Origin: Longimicrobiales bacterium
GTDB lineage: Bacteria; Gemmatimonadota; Gemmatimonadetes; Longimicrobiales; Gaopeijiaceae
Length of the DNA stretch: 64,000 bases
NCBI GenBank assembly: GCA_963664435.2
Contig: CAXXKM010000003.1
Location: 704,001-768,000, forward strand
Reading direction: 5' to 3'
Shown: one piece after another, positions 9,651 to 19,035 of the stretch
Layout: every line of letters begins with the position of its first letter
Numbering within the stretch: position 1 is the stretch's first letter
Program-made: the position numbers and the translations under genes
Notes under the pieces: generated by a model
Told to the model about the DNA's origin: nothing
Database searches by the model: none
The model's input: only the letters and a program-made list of their open reading frames with translations

Positions 9651-9732
9651 GCAGATCGTGCAGTCCTGGTTCAACTTAGACAATTCCTCGCCGTGATTCG
9701 CGCCTGCAGGACTTTGCCCAAATGGCAGACTG
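9651..9732. repeat. Right ~82-bp imperfect inverted repeat (partner at 1194-1275)
   Basis: Its reverse complement cagtctgccatttgggcaaagtcc...gtctaagttgaaccaggactgcacgatctgc matches 1194-1275. Confidence 0.85.
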
Positions 9733-9811
9733 ATGATCCGCCCAGCCGGTGACTCTGCCAAAATGGCAGATTTCATCGTCTTTCGGCTGTTAAGTCTGCC
9801 AAAATGGCAGG
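9713..9811. promoter_or_regulatory. Three 17-bp palindromes (TCTGCCAAAATGGCAGA type) at 41-bp spacing
   Basis: Copies start at 9713, 9754 and 9795. A perfect copy also lies at 1197-1213. Confidence 0.65.
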
Positions 9812-9824
9812 GGCACGCTCATCC

Positions 9825-10498
9825 CTACCTTCGGTAGGCGACACCGGCGAGCAGGGATGTCATGCTGCGGTACCCGACCAGATCGGGATAAGTAAAATCA
9901 GGCGGCGTCTTCGTGAAACCGAACTCGGATCCGAACTGCAATCCCAGCGTGATGTCGAGATGATCCGACAGGCGCACATCGGCGCCAGCGCCGACAACCC
10001 AGGCACCGATGAAGGCGTCCTCAACCACGACACACGCGTCGACGGGCCATTCGTCCCGTGCTTCTTCGTGACAGCTGCGCGCGGAGCCGATGAGCCCTCC
10101 GGTCGCGAAGTGCATGGCGCTCCAACCGGTTTCGAAGAACTTCGTTCTGCAGAGCAGCTTCACGTCGCGGTAGTCCACATGCCCGTGGAAGCGCCGTAGA
10201 GCGGCGTCCTCCAGGCATGGCTCGGTCGCCCCGCCGCCCTCCAAAGCTACGGAGCTTGCGCGAAGTCGCCGTCTCGCGCGGTGGGGCGTTACGGCTCCCG
10301 CAAGGGTCTTCCGACCTCTGCCATCATCAGCAAGGCTGGCCGCATGGCTTGTGGTCCGACCTGTCGATCCGTGAAGAGGCCAGCTGCAAACCCTGTCTTC
10401 TCGTGTCGAGTAGTGCCGATTCGCAAGTCCAAAGTCTGTCTGGAGAGGGGGGTCGCGCCCAAGAGCGCGATGACTGTCAGGGTTGCCAACTTCTGCAT
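9825..10498 (-). pseudogene. Degraded outer-membrane beta-barrel-like gene
   Basis: A signal-peptide ORF (MQKLATLTVIALLG, 10498-10289) stops early. A different frame carries barrel-like strands ending TSLLAGVAYRR. Confidence 0.45.
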
Positions 10499-10635
10499 GC
10501 CTCACGTCCTGCTCGTCAGAACCCCGTAGTGACGGAGGTTGGTCCAGCGCAGTCTACCTGGCCGTCTCTTCTTTTGACGAACGAGCGAGACGGGTGACTT
10601 GTGACGCGGTGCTGCCAGGTCCAAGGGTCAGGTCG

Positions 10636-12741
10636 TCAATGGCCATCGTGAAGCTCGAGCTCCAACTCTTCCGCCTGGTTGGATGTGATGTCTCGAACGA
10701 GGCGAAAACCAAACATGTTGTAGCGGTCACTCCAGGGGCCCGGGTGGGAGAAATGGCGGTAGGCAGCCGTCACCGCCCACGAGGATGACCAATGACCGCC
10801 TCGCCTTACGGGCCGGACGCAGGTGCCATCCTGCCACCATGGAGAATCTTCCGTCCTCGCTGAGCCATCGCCGGGATTCCCTTCATGGGTGTCATTCCAG
10901 CAGTCGGCGACCCATTCCCGCGCATTCCCGAGCACGTCGTGGAGTCCGAACGGATTGGCCGGAAACGACCCGGCGGGAGTCGTCGTTCGGAGTTCCCAAT
11001 TGCCCGGGCAACCTTCACAGGTTACCATGCCGGCGCCGGGTCCATCGCCCCAATAGCGGGTTGTCGTCGTACCGCCTCGCGCGGCGTATTCCCACTCGGC
11101 CTCGCTGGGAAGTCGGTAGGTTTGACCGGTGAACTCGCTGATCCATGCGACGTACTGGTCGGCATCGGGACGGGCGAGGTTGACCACCGGCCGGTCGCCG
11201 CGTCCCCAGCCGTTGTCGTCGGGCACATACGTGCATCCTCCGGCGTCAAAGCAGAGGTCCCATTCCCGGAACGTCACCTCATACTTTCCGATGGCGAAGG
11301 GATACGCGATTCGCACCTCCGTGGGCGGGTTCTGCGCCTCGACCGTCCACTCGGGTTGCGGCGGGTCCCCGGGATCCGGCTTCTCGTGCGCACCTCGTCC
11401 CATCACGTATTCGCCTGGAGGCAGTTCAACCATCAAGGGACATTCCGGACAGTCGCGAAACTCCCGGAATCCAGACGAAGTCGGAATCCGCGGGTTGATG
11501 GAAGCGCCGCCTTCGGTCGTCGGCGCCCCATCTGCATCCGCACGGCGCAGGCGGTAGAGAGAGACGACGGTCTCTCCGACCGACTCCAGCCGAAGACCCG
11601 CGAAGATCGAGTCGGACAGCACCGCAACCGGAACCCCGGGTGCGTCGAACGAACCCGTGTAATCTCCCGAGGAGTCGAAGATGTCGACGAAGCGGGGCGT
11701 CATCCCGTCCGTAGTGCGGGTCACCCAAAGATCGCCTCCGGGTGCGGCCGTCATCGACAGCACGGGGGAGACCCGCTCCTCGTATCCGACCGCCATCACG
11801 ATGTCCTCCGCCTCCAACCCGAAGCGCCGCATGAAGGTGCCATAGGGACCGGGGCCGAACTCCGCACCCCTCACAGCCATCTCGCGCGTGACTTCGATGG
11901 GATCCACCGACCATCTGATGCTCGCCACCACCGAGCCGCCGGCATGCTTGTCGATGCGGTAACCGGGCCCGTTCAGGAAGAAGATGGAGTCTCCCCGGTG
12001 CGTCCAGACGACCGAGGGAGCCAGCACTCGAGGCGCCGGAATGGAGCCGCCGCCCAACTCCATCGTCGCCAGTTCCATCGTGACTTCATGCAGCGTCGTC
12101 GTATTCTGTCCTCCCTCGACGACAAGTCGCTGCTCCGTAGCCGTCCCCGAAGACGAGGTGGTACTCGTCACCGTGGCCACCCAGTCGCTTCCCATCGCGA
12201 ATCCCGGACCCCAGTAGGTCAGTTCCGGTCGCTGCTCGCCCAGCAGTTCGCCCTCACTTGACCAGCGGCTCAGCATCTGTCGGCCGGTGTCCCACACGGT
12301 CAGTATTCCGTCCGGATCCATGGAGACTGCGGATGAGTTCCGAAACTCTCCGGGTCCGTCCCCCGCGCGTCCATAGCTGCCCGCGTAGGCCCCTGAAGCG
12401 TCGAAGGCCGCGACTCGCTGCCCCGTCCAGTCGGCCAGGTAGATCCGGCCTGTCGTCGGGTCTGCGGCCACGCCCCACGGAACCGCGGTAAGCGCGCTGT
12501 CGGGAGGAATGAGATCGATCATTCGCTCCGCTCGGACGCCCAGCCGTTCCTCCGATCCGATGTTCTCGACAACCGATATGCCCGCGGAATCGCGAACAAG
12601 TGCGGCCTGCACGTCGCGCGGCGGCTGCTCGCACGAGCTGGTGGCCAGCGCCAGCATGACGGCGATCCATGGAGTGGCTGTTGGAGATGGGCGGCGGCGC
12701 GCGGCGGCGCATGGCGTGATGGCTCGCGTTCGCTTGTGCAT
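10636..12741 (-). CDS. Lipoprotein: 6-bladed beta-propeller fused to an FGE-sulfatase (SUMF1/EgtB/PvdO) domain
   Basis: N-part has VRDSAGISVVEN and GRAGDGPGEF. C-part has FRDCPECPLMV, FAIGKYEVT, RLPSEAEWEYAARGG, NPFGLHDVLGNAREWVAD and GFRLVR. Confidence 0.85.
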   Translation of the reverse strand: MHKRTRAITPCAAARRRPSPTATPWIAVMLALATSSCEQPPRDVQAALVRDSAGISVVENIGSEERLGVRAERMIDLIPPDSALTAVPWGVAADPTTGRIYLADWTGQRVAAFDASGAYAGSYGRAGDGPGEFRNSSAVSMDPDGILTVWDTGRQMLSRWSSEGELLGEQRPELTYWGPGFAMGSDWVATVTSTTSSSGTATEQRLVVEGGQNTTTLHEVTMELATMELGGGSIPAPRVLAPSVVWTHRGDSIFFLNGPGYRIDKHAGGSVVASIRWSVDPIEVTREMAVRGAEFGPGPYGTFMRRFGLEAEDIVMAVGYEERVSPVLSMTAAPGGDLWVTRTTDGMTPRFVDIFDSSGDYTGSFDAPGVPVAVLSDSIFAGLRLESVGETVVSLYRLRRADADGAPTTEGGASINPRIPTSSGFREFRDCPECPLMVELPPGEYVMGRGAHEKPDPGDPPQPEWTVEAQNPPTEVRIAYPFAIGKYEVTFREWDLCFDAGGCTYVPDDNGWGRGDRPVVNLARPDADQYVAWISEFTGQTYRLPSEAEWEYAARGGTTTTRYWGDGPGAGMVTCEGCPGNWELRTTTPAGSFPANPFGLHDVLGNAREWVADCWNDTHEGNPGDGSARTEDSPWWQDGTCVRPVRRGGHWSSSWAVTAAYRHFSHPGPWSDRYNMFGFRLVRDITSNQAEELELELHDGH

Positions 12742-12911
12742 GGTTGGGCTTCCCTCCATCGCATATTATCGATACTCTACATAACGGGGATCAATATAAC
12801 GATGTCCGATAGGTTCGCAACATGATGAGGCCCCTGCCCAGAGCTTCGCGAATCTCGCGGTTCGCCGCTGGTCGACCACTAACACCTGACCTGATCGAGG
12901 GAGAACAAGTG

Positions 12912-13934
12912 ATGTCCCCTGTCGAATCGCCCCTCGCCGCGTGCAATGCTGCCGTGGGGAGCGCGCTTGCCGTACTGTCCATCGCCGCGTGCAATGCGGA
13001 GCCTGGGGAGGATCCGGGCAGCGCGATCACACATGACTCCGTGGGCGTGCCCTCGGCAGACGCTCCCGGTCTTGCGCGCGGCCCCGGCAATCCCGCTGGC
13101 TTGCGGGAGTTTCGGGACTGCGCAGCCTGTCCCCTGATGGTTGAACTGCCCCCTGGCACCTATCTGATGGGCGCCACCGAGCTTGAGGCAGACGAAGCCG
13201 GGGGCGGCCAACGGCCTCGTCGCCTGAAGGACATCGAGAAGCCCCGGGTTGAAGTGGATATACGATACCGCTTCGCAGTCGGGAAATTCGAAGTGACCTT
13301 CGACGAGTGGGACCGCTGCGTTGCGGATGGCGGGTGTACCTATGTGCCGGACGATCGGGGCTGGGGCCGGGAGGACCGGCCCGTCATCCACGTGTCCAGC
13401 GTGGATGTCCGCCCCTATCTGGCCTGGCTCCGCGAGGTGTCCGGCCAGCCGTACCGGCTGCTGACCAGTTCCGAATGGGAATACGCGGCCAGAGCCGGCA
13501 CGAGCACCGCCTACTGGTGGGGTGACGACATCGGCGTCGGAAACGTGTCCTGCGATGGCTGCGGCGGTGATTGGGACAACAAATCGACTGCGCCTGTGGG
13601 AACGTACGCGGCCAACCCGTGGGGGCTGCACGACATGCTCGGGAACGTCAACGAACTTGTCGCCGACTGCTGGGTCGCGACCAACGAGGGTCATCCCCTG
13701 AATGGTTCCGCGGTGCTGGAGGCGTCACCCTGGTGGGAAGGAGGCGAATGCAAGCGGCCGACCTGGCGGGGCGGAGATTGGGCAAGCTACACCTGGGCCC
13801 TGCGCGCGGCATGGCGAAGTGGAGGCTGGCTCGGACCCGACTTCCGCTCCGACCACCCAGCATTCGGTGGCGTTCGGGGATTTCGGGTCGCCCGCACGAT
13901 TCAAGCCCGGGAACAGGCCACCGGGATCCGGTAA
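12912..13934 (+). CDS. FGE-sulfatase (SUMF1/EgtB/PvdO) domain lipoprotein
   Basis: Motifs FRDCAACPLMV, RLLTSSEWEYAARAG, NPWGLHDMLGNVNELVAD and GFRVAR. Lipobox-like IAAC. Confidence 0.85.
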   Translation: MSPVESPLAACNAAVGSALAVLSIAACNAEPGEDPGSAITHDSVGVPSADAPGLARGPGNPAGLREFRDCAACPLMVELPPGTYLMGATELEADEAGGGQRPRRLKDIEKPRVEVDIRYRFAVGKFEVTFDEWDRCVADGGCTYVPDDRGWGREDRPVIHVSSVDVRPYLAWLREVSGQPYRLLTSSEWEYAARAGTSTAYWWGDDIGVGNVSCDGCGGDWDNKSTAPVGTYAANPWGLHDMLGNVNELVADCWVATNEGHPLNGSAVLEASPWWEGGECKRPTWRGGDWASYTWALRAAWRSGGWLGPDFRSDHPAFGGVRGFRVARTIQAREQATGIR

Positions 13935-13976
13935 TCGGCGAGGCGAGGCCGTCCTGATCTCGCCGCCCTTCCCTCG

Positions 13977-14804
13977 TCAGGCAGTCCCCGCCGCCCTCCT
14001 CCTCAGCCACCCCACCGTAAGCAGCAGCGCGGCCGCGAACACGATCAGAAAGGTCGCCACGGCCAGGATGGCGGGGCTGATTTCCTCGCGGATGCCCGCC
14101 CACATCTGGCGCGGGATGGTGTTCTGCTCCACCCCGCCCAGGAAGAGCACGACCACCACCTCGTCGAACGAAGTGGCGAAGGCGAAGAGGGCACCCGACA
14201 GCACCCCCGGCGCGATCAGCGGCAGCTGCACGCGGGCGAAGGTCCGGAGCGGTCCTGCTCCCAGCGACGCCGCGGCGCGGTTCAGGGTGGTGTTGTAGGA
14301 AGTCAGGGTGGCGGTCACCGTAATCACCACGAACGGCGTCCCCAGCGCCGCGTGCGCCAGGATCAGCCCGAGGTGGGTCTGGCCCAGCCCCATGCGGGAG
14401 TAGAAGAAGAACATCCCGGCGGCCGAGATGATCACGGGGGTCACCAGCGGGGAAACCAGAAAGCCCATCAGGAAGCGGCGGGCGGGCATGTGCGGGCTGG
14501 AGAGGCCGAGGGCGGCCAGCGTACCCAGGAAGGTGGCCAGCGCCGTGGCGGCGGTGCCGATCACCAGGCTGTTGACCAGCGCGCCCCGCCATGCTTCGCT
14601 CGTCGCGATCTCCCGGTACCAGCGCAGCGACCAGGCTTCCGGGTCCAGCCTCAGCATGCCTTCCGTGAAGGTGAAGTAGGGCTCTGCGTTGAAGCTGAGC
14701 GGCACGATCACGAGGATGGGCGCCATCAGGAAAAACAGCACCGCCGCGCAGAACGCGACGTGCATCGTCCTTCCGGCCCGTTCCGCCCTGCTCAGCGCCC
14801 GCAT
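13977..14804 (-). CDS. potC: Polyamine-type ABC transporter permease (PotC-like)
   Basis: Motifs PILVIVPLSFN, RAAASLGAGP and FATSFDEVVV. Confidence 0.85.
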   Translation of the reverse strand: MRALSRAERAGRTMHVAFCAAVLFFLMAPILVIVPLSFNAEPYFTFTEGMLRLDPEAWSLRWYREIATSEAWRGALVNSLVIGTAATALATFLGTLAALGLSSPHMPARRFLMGFLVSPLVTPVIISAAGMFFFYSRMGLGQTHLGLILAHAALGTPFVVITVTATLTSYNTTLNRAAASLGAGPLRTFARVQLPLIAPGVLSGALFAFATSFDEVVVVLFLGGVEQNTIPRQMWAGIREEISPAILAVATFLIVFAAALLLTVGWLRRRAAGTA

Positions 14805-14805
14805 G

Positions 14806-16020
14806 TCAGGTTACCCTCACGCCTTCGGTCCCGGCCACCCGCGCGTACAGCAGGTAGAGGCCGATCACGCACGCCAGGATGATCGCGCCCAGCGCGGACG
14901 CCAGCCCCCAGTTGAGGGAGGTCTGCATGTGGTACGCGACCATGTTGGAGATCAGCTGTCCCGTGCTCCCTCCCACCAGCGCCGGGGTGATGTAGTACCC
15001 GATGGCCAGGATGAACACGAGCAGGCTCCCCGCCCCCACCCCGGGGAGCGTCTGCGGCCAGTAGACGCGCAGGAAGCCCTGTACCGGGCCGGCTCCCAGC
15101 GACGCCGCGGCGTCCATGTGGGAGCGGGGAATCCCGCGCATGACCGAGTACAGCGGCAGCACCATGAACGGCAGCAGGACGTGGGTCATCGCGACAAACG
15201 TGCCCGTCATGTTGTAGACGAGCGCCAGCCGGCCATCGTCCGCGACCAGCCCCAGCGCGACCAGGATATCGTTGATCACCCCCTGGCCCTGAAGCAGCAC
15301 GATCCACGAGGTGGTGCGCACCAGCAGCGAAGTCCAGAACGGAACCAGGACCAGCGCCAGGAGCAGGCCGGCGCGGCGCGGCGGCGCATGCGCGAGGAAA
15401 TGCGCGAGCGGGTAGCCGAAAAGAAGGCACAACGCCGTGATCGACAGGCTGACCAGGAAGGTGCGCGCGAACAGGCGAAGGTATATGCGGCGGTCCTCCT
15501 CCTGGCGCGCGACCGATCCGTCGGGGAGCCGCCGCAGGTCGACGGCGGCCAGGTAGTGACGGGTGGTGTAGCGCTCCCCGGCGGCGCGCACCGCGTGCCA
15601 GGTGCTCACCTCGGCCCATGCCGGTTCGATCCCGACGAGGGTCTGGCGCCAGGAACCGTCGGGGGCCTCCGGAAGTCGGCGCCCCGTCACCGCGACGATG
15701 CTGCGCATCCCCCCCTGCACCCGGTTGACACGGCCGGCCACCTGGCCGATCACCCGCTCCTCCTGGGCGCGCGCCAGCTCGCCCGCGGCCGCGGCGAAGA
15801 CATCCTCGCCGGGAACGCTCTCCCCGTCCCATCCCTCCAGCAGGGCCAGTGTCTCGGGCAGCGCGTCCGCCACCACCGCGTCGTAGACGCTCCGGCTGAA
15901 CATCGTCGCGAGAGGCGCCACGAAGGTTATGCCGACGAAGGCCACGAGCGGCAGCGCCAGCCCCGCCGCCCGCACGCGCGGCCGCCAGTCGCGTCCCCGC
16001 CGCATCGATTCCGGGCTCAC
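14806..16020 (-). CDS. potB: Polyamine-type ABC transporter permease (PotB-like)
   Basis: Motifs PFWTSLLVRT, LPFMVLPLYS, AAASLGA and GYYITPALVGG. Confidence 0.85.
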   Translation of the reverse strand: MSPESMRRGRDWRPRVRAAGLALPLVAFVGITFVAPLATMFSRSVYDAVVADALPETLALLEGWDGESVPGEDVFAAAAGELARAQEERVIGQVAGRVNRVQGGMRSIVAVTGRRLPEAPDGSWRQTLVGIEPAWAEVSTWHAVRAAGERYTTRHYLAAVDLRRLPDGSVARQEEDRRIYLRLFARTFLVSLSITALCLLFGYPLAHFLAHAPPRRAGLLLALVLVPFWTSLLVRTTSWIVLLQGQGVINDILVALGLVADDGRLALVYNMTGTFVAMTHVLLPFMVLPLYSVMRGIPRSHMDAAASLGAGPVQGFLRVYWPQTLPGVGAGSLLVFILAIGYYITPALVGGSTGQLISNMVAYHMQTSLNWGLASALGAIILACVIGLYLLYARVAGTEGVRVT

Positions 16021-16051
16021 CGTCCCCCGCCCCCCGCCATCGAGCCTCCCC

Positions 16052-17170
16052 TCATCGGGCCAGCCACGAGCTGAAGCGCTCGTTCATCTCGTCCGTGTGG
16101 TTCACCCACCACTCCCAGTCGTTGCGCAGCGCCCGCTCCAGGTTCTCCGGGTAGGTGGGCATGTGCGGCAGCATGTCGATTCCCGCCTCGGCGTGCGTTC
16201 CCACCAGCGGCAGTCCGGAGTAGCGCGTCGGGCTGTAGGAGATGTTGGCGCTGACCCGGGCCATCGACCGGGGCGTGGTCGCGAAGGCGAGGAACTCGAG
16301 CGCCGCCTCCAAGTTCGGCGTCCCGGCCACGATCACCATCTGGCCGAAATCCAGCAGCTGGCCGTCCCAGATGATCTCGAAGGGCTGGTCCTCCAGCACC
16401 TGTGCGTTGAAGACGCGGCCGTTGTACGCCGTGGTCATCGTCACCTCGCCGTCGGCGAGGAGCTGGGGTGGCTGGGCGCCCGCTTCCCACCACACGATCT
16501 GGTCCTTGATGGTGTCCAGCTTTCGGAATGCGCGCTCGATCCCCTCGGGGGTGTCCAGCACCTGGTACACCTCCGCCGGTGGCACGCCGTCGGCCATGAG
16601 GGCGAACTCCATGTTGCCCATGGGCTTGCGGCGCATGCCGCGGCGGCCCGGGAAGGCCTCCAGGTCGAAGAAGTCCTGCATGGTCGAGGGCTTTGGGCCG
16701 GGTATGTTCTCGCGGTTGTATACGATGACGGTCGCGTAGAACTCGGCACCCACGCCGCACTCGGTCAGGGTGCCGGGAAAGAAATCCTCCTCGGGTGGCG
16801 TGCCGTCCGCGCCCGGAGCCCACATCGCCGGATCGAGCGGCTCGAGCAGCCCCTCGTCGCAGCCGCGCACCGCATCGGCGATCTCCATGGGCACGACGTC
16901 CCAGTGAATCCGTCCCACATCGACCTGCGCCCGAACCTCGGCCAGGCCGCCGTTGTACTGCGCGTCCCGGATGACGATGCCGGTCTCGGCGGTGAACGGC
17001 TCGTGGTAGGCGATCTTGCAGGCGCGCGTGTACGCCCCGCCCCACGCGCCGACGGTCAGGGCATCGCCGCCGTCGCCGCCACAGGCCGCACTGAGGACCG
17101 CGAGCGCCGGCGCGGCGAGTCGGCGGGTCACGGTCGGTGCCCCCGACCAGGCGCTGATGCGCCCGTTCAC
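16052..17170 (-). CDS. potD: Polyamine-type ABC transporter substrate-binding lipoprotein (PotD/PotF-like)
   Basis: GTG at 17170 overlaps the ATPase stop. Lipobox SAAC. Motifs WGGAY, FFDLEAFPGRRG, ALMADGV and QLLADGEV. Confidence 0.85.
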   Translation of the reverse strand: MNGRISAWSGAPTVTRRLAAPALAVLSAACGGDGGDALTVGAWGGAYTRACKIAYHEPFTAETGIVIRDAQYNGGLAEVRAQVDVGRIHWDVVPMEIADAVRGCDEGLLEPLDPAMWAPGADGTPPEEDFFPGTLTECGVGAEFYATVIVYNRENIPGPKPSTMQDFFDLEAFPGRRGMRRKPMGNMEFALMADGVPPAEVYQVLDTPEGIERAFRKLDTIKDQIVWWEAGAQPPQLLADGEVTMTTAYNGRVFNAQVLEDQPFEIIWDGQLLDFGQMVIVAGTPNLEAALEFLAFATTPRSMARVSANISYSPTRYSGLPLVGTHAEAGIDMLPHMPTYPENLERALRNDWEWWVNHTDEMNERFSSWLAR

Positions 17171-18276
17171 ACCGCGCCCTCCGCGCCGCCGTAGTCCAGG
17201 ACCCGGCAGTCCGCCGCCGTCCATCCCACGCGAATTTCGTCGCCCTCGAGAACCGCGCCCTGTCCCACCACGTTCGAGATCTTCGCCACGAAATCCGGTC
17301 GCCCGCAGGTCTCCATGTGGATGCGCAGGTGATCCCCCACGAAAGTGATGTGCCCGATGACCGCGTCGAACTGGTTGGAGAACAGCCCCGGCTCCGGATG
17401 CAGCGTGATTCGCTCCGGCCGGATCGAGAGCGTGACCGGATCCCCCGGCCGGCAGTCCACGACCCGATAGCCACGCACCATCTGGTCGCCCACGATCACA
17501 TCGCACACGTCGTCGCGCACCGCGGCCACGCGCCCGTGCAGCCGGTTGTTCTCGCCGATGAAGCGCGCGACGAAGGAGCGCTCCGGCTCCTCGTACAGGG
17601 CTTCGGGCGCGGCCACCTGCTCCACCATGCCGTCGCGCAGCACGGCGATCCGGTCCGACATGACCATGGCCTCCTGCTGGTCGTGGGTCACGTAGACGAC
17701 GGTCACGCCGAGCGTCCGGTGGATGCGCCGGATCTCGTACTGCAATTCTTCGCGCAGGTGGCGGTCGAGGGCCCCCAGCGGTTCGTCCATGAGCACGAGT
17801 TCGGGCTCGAAGACCAGCGCGCGCGCGATCGCCACCCGCTGCTGCTGCCCGCCCGAGAGCTGCCCCGGGCGGCGCTTCTCGAACCCTTCCAGCCGGACCA
17901 GCCGGAACACCCGATCGACCAGTTTCCGGCGCCGGTCGCGCTCGATGCCGCGCACGTCGAGCGGAAAGGCCAGGTTGTCCTCGACGGTCATGTGGGGGAA
18001 GAGGGCGTAGTCCTGAAACACCATGCCGATGCCCCGCTTGCGCGGCGGCAGGGCATGCACCGAACGGCCGTCGATGCGGATGGCGCCCGCCGTCGGAGTC
18101 TCGAACCCCGCGAGCATCATGAGGCACGTCGTCTTCCCCGATCCCGACGGCCCGAGCAGGCTCAGGAACTCGCCCCGGCGCACGCTGAGATTCAATCCCT
18201 GGACGGCCATCACCCGGCCATCGTAGCTCTTGGCAATGTCCTCGAACTCGACGTGGGGCTCGGCCGGAGTCGTCAC
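17167..18276 (-). CDS. potA: Polyamine-type ABC transporter ATPase (PotA-like)
   Basis: GPSGSGKT, LSGGQQQR, LMDEPLGALD and a TOBE-like C-terminus. GTG at 18276 preferred as start. Confidence 0.9.
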   Translation of the reverse strand: MTTPAEPHVEFEDIAKSYDGRVMAVQGLNLSVRRGEFLSLLGPSGSGKTTCLMMLAGFETPTAGAIRIDGRSVHALPPRKRGIGMVFQDYALFPHMTVEDNLAFPLDVRGIERDRRRKLVDRVFRLVRLEGFEKRRPGQLSGGQQQRVAIARALVFEPELVLMDEPLGALDRHLREELQYEIRRIHRTLGVTVVYVTHDQQEAMVMSDRIAVLRDGMVEQVAAPEALYEEPERSFVARFIGENNRLHGRVAAVRDDVCDVIVGDQMVRGYRVVDCRPGDPVTLSIRPERITLHPEPGLFSNQFDAVIGHITFVGDHLRIHMETCGRPDFVAKISNVVGQGAVLEGDEIRVGWTAADCRVLDYGGAEGAV

Positions 18277-18577
18277 GCGCTGGTCCTGTGTCGGAGCGAA
18301 AAAGGGTTGTACGCCCGAGGGCGCGGACAATCTAGGTTCAATAACCGGTAGCCACAAAGCGGCCGGAAGCAGCGGCATGGCGGCCAGTCGTCCACGGGAC
18401 ACGGAAGGCACATAGGTCCGAACCGCCGCGTGCGAGCCCTCGTCTGGTGAGAACCCCCGGCCGCCAATAGGTTATCATGGATGGTGCGTTGGTTCCGGGC
18501 GCGCCCGGGCGCGGTGAGCCCGCGTCGCGACGGCCCGTCAGATCGTTGGTGTCGGTCCCGTCAACAGCGAGAAGGCA

Positions 18578-19033
18578 ATGCTCCATTCCAGGCCAGCCCC
18601 GCTCTTTCCTCTTCTCATCGCCCTCGTGGCGCTCGCGGGGTGCGGAGGCGAGGACCCCGTTGAGCCCGAGCCCGAAAGGCCGCCCGACCTCACCGGCTCC
18701 TACACGCTGGAGTCTCTGTCCGCCATCGTGACCGGTGGGCAAACCCTGACCCCGCCGGACGTGGCGGGTTCATTTTCGGTGCAGCAGACGTCGGTCACCG
18801 GTGCCGAGGCTTCAGGGACAACGATGATCAGCATCACCCTTCCGGACGGTCTGGGCGGGACAACCATGCTTGAGGATCAGGGCACCTACGTCAATCGGGT
18901 CGACGGGACCTGGGAACAGGCCGGCGTGCTGCTGCAGGGCCTCGGAACCTACACGCTTCAGACCGGCATCCTGACCGTTGATGTGACCGAGCCCGCGCTC
19001 AATGTCTCCACCACGGTATGGAGGCGTAACTGA
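18578..19033 (+). CDS. Hypothetical lipoprotein (beta-rich)
   Basis: Lipobox LAGC and coding-like composition. Confidence 0.7.
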   Translation: MLHSRPAPLFPLLIALVALAGCGGEDPVEPEPERPPDLTGSYTLESLSAIVTGGQTLTPPDVAGSFSVQQTSVTGAEASGTTMISITLPDGLGGTTMLEDQGTYVNRVDGTWEQAGVLLQGLGTYTLQTGILTVDVTEPALNVSTTVWRRN

Positions 19034-19035
19034 CG

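Noticed and set aside
10636..13934. FGE-domain genes as diversity-generating retroelement targets or selenoneine/ergothioneine synthases
   Set aside because: No reverse transcriptase or template repeat in the window, and no DinB-like metal-binding N-domain typical of EgtB/SenA.
18411..18578. Possible riboswitch upstream of the lipoprotein/TonB receptor
   Set aside because: No cobalamin, TPP or other recognisable riboswitch consensus.
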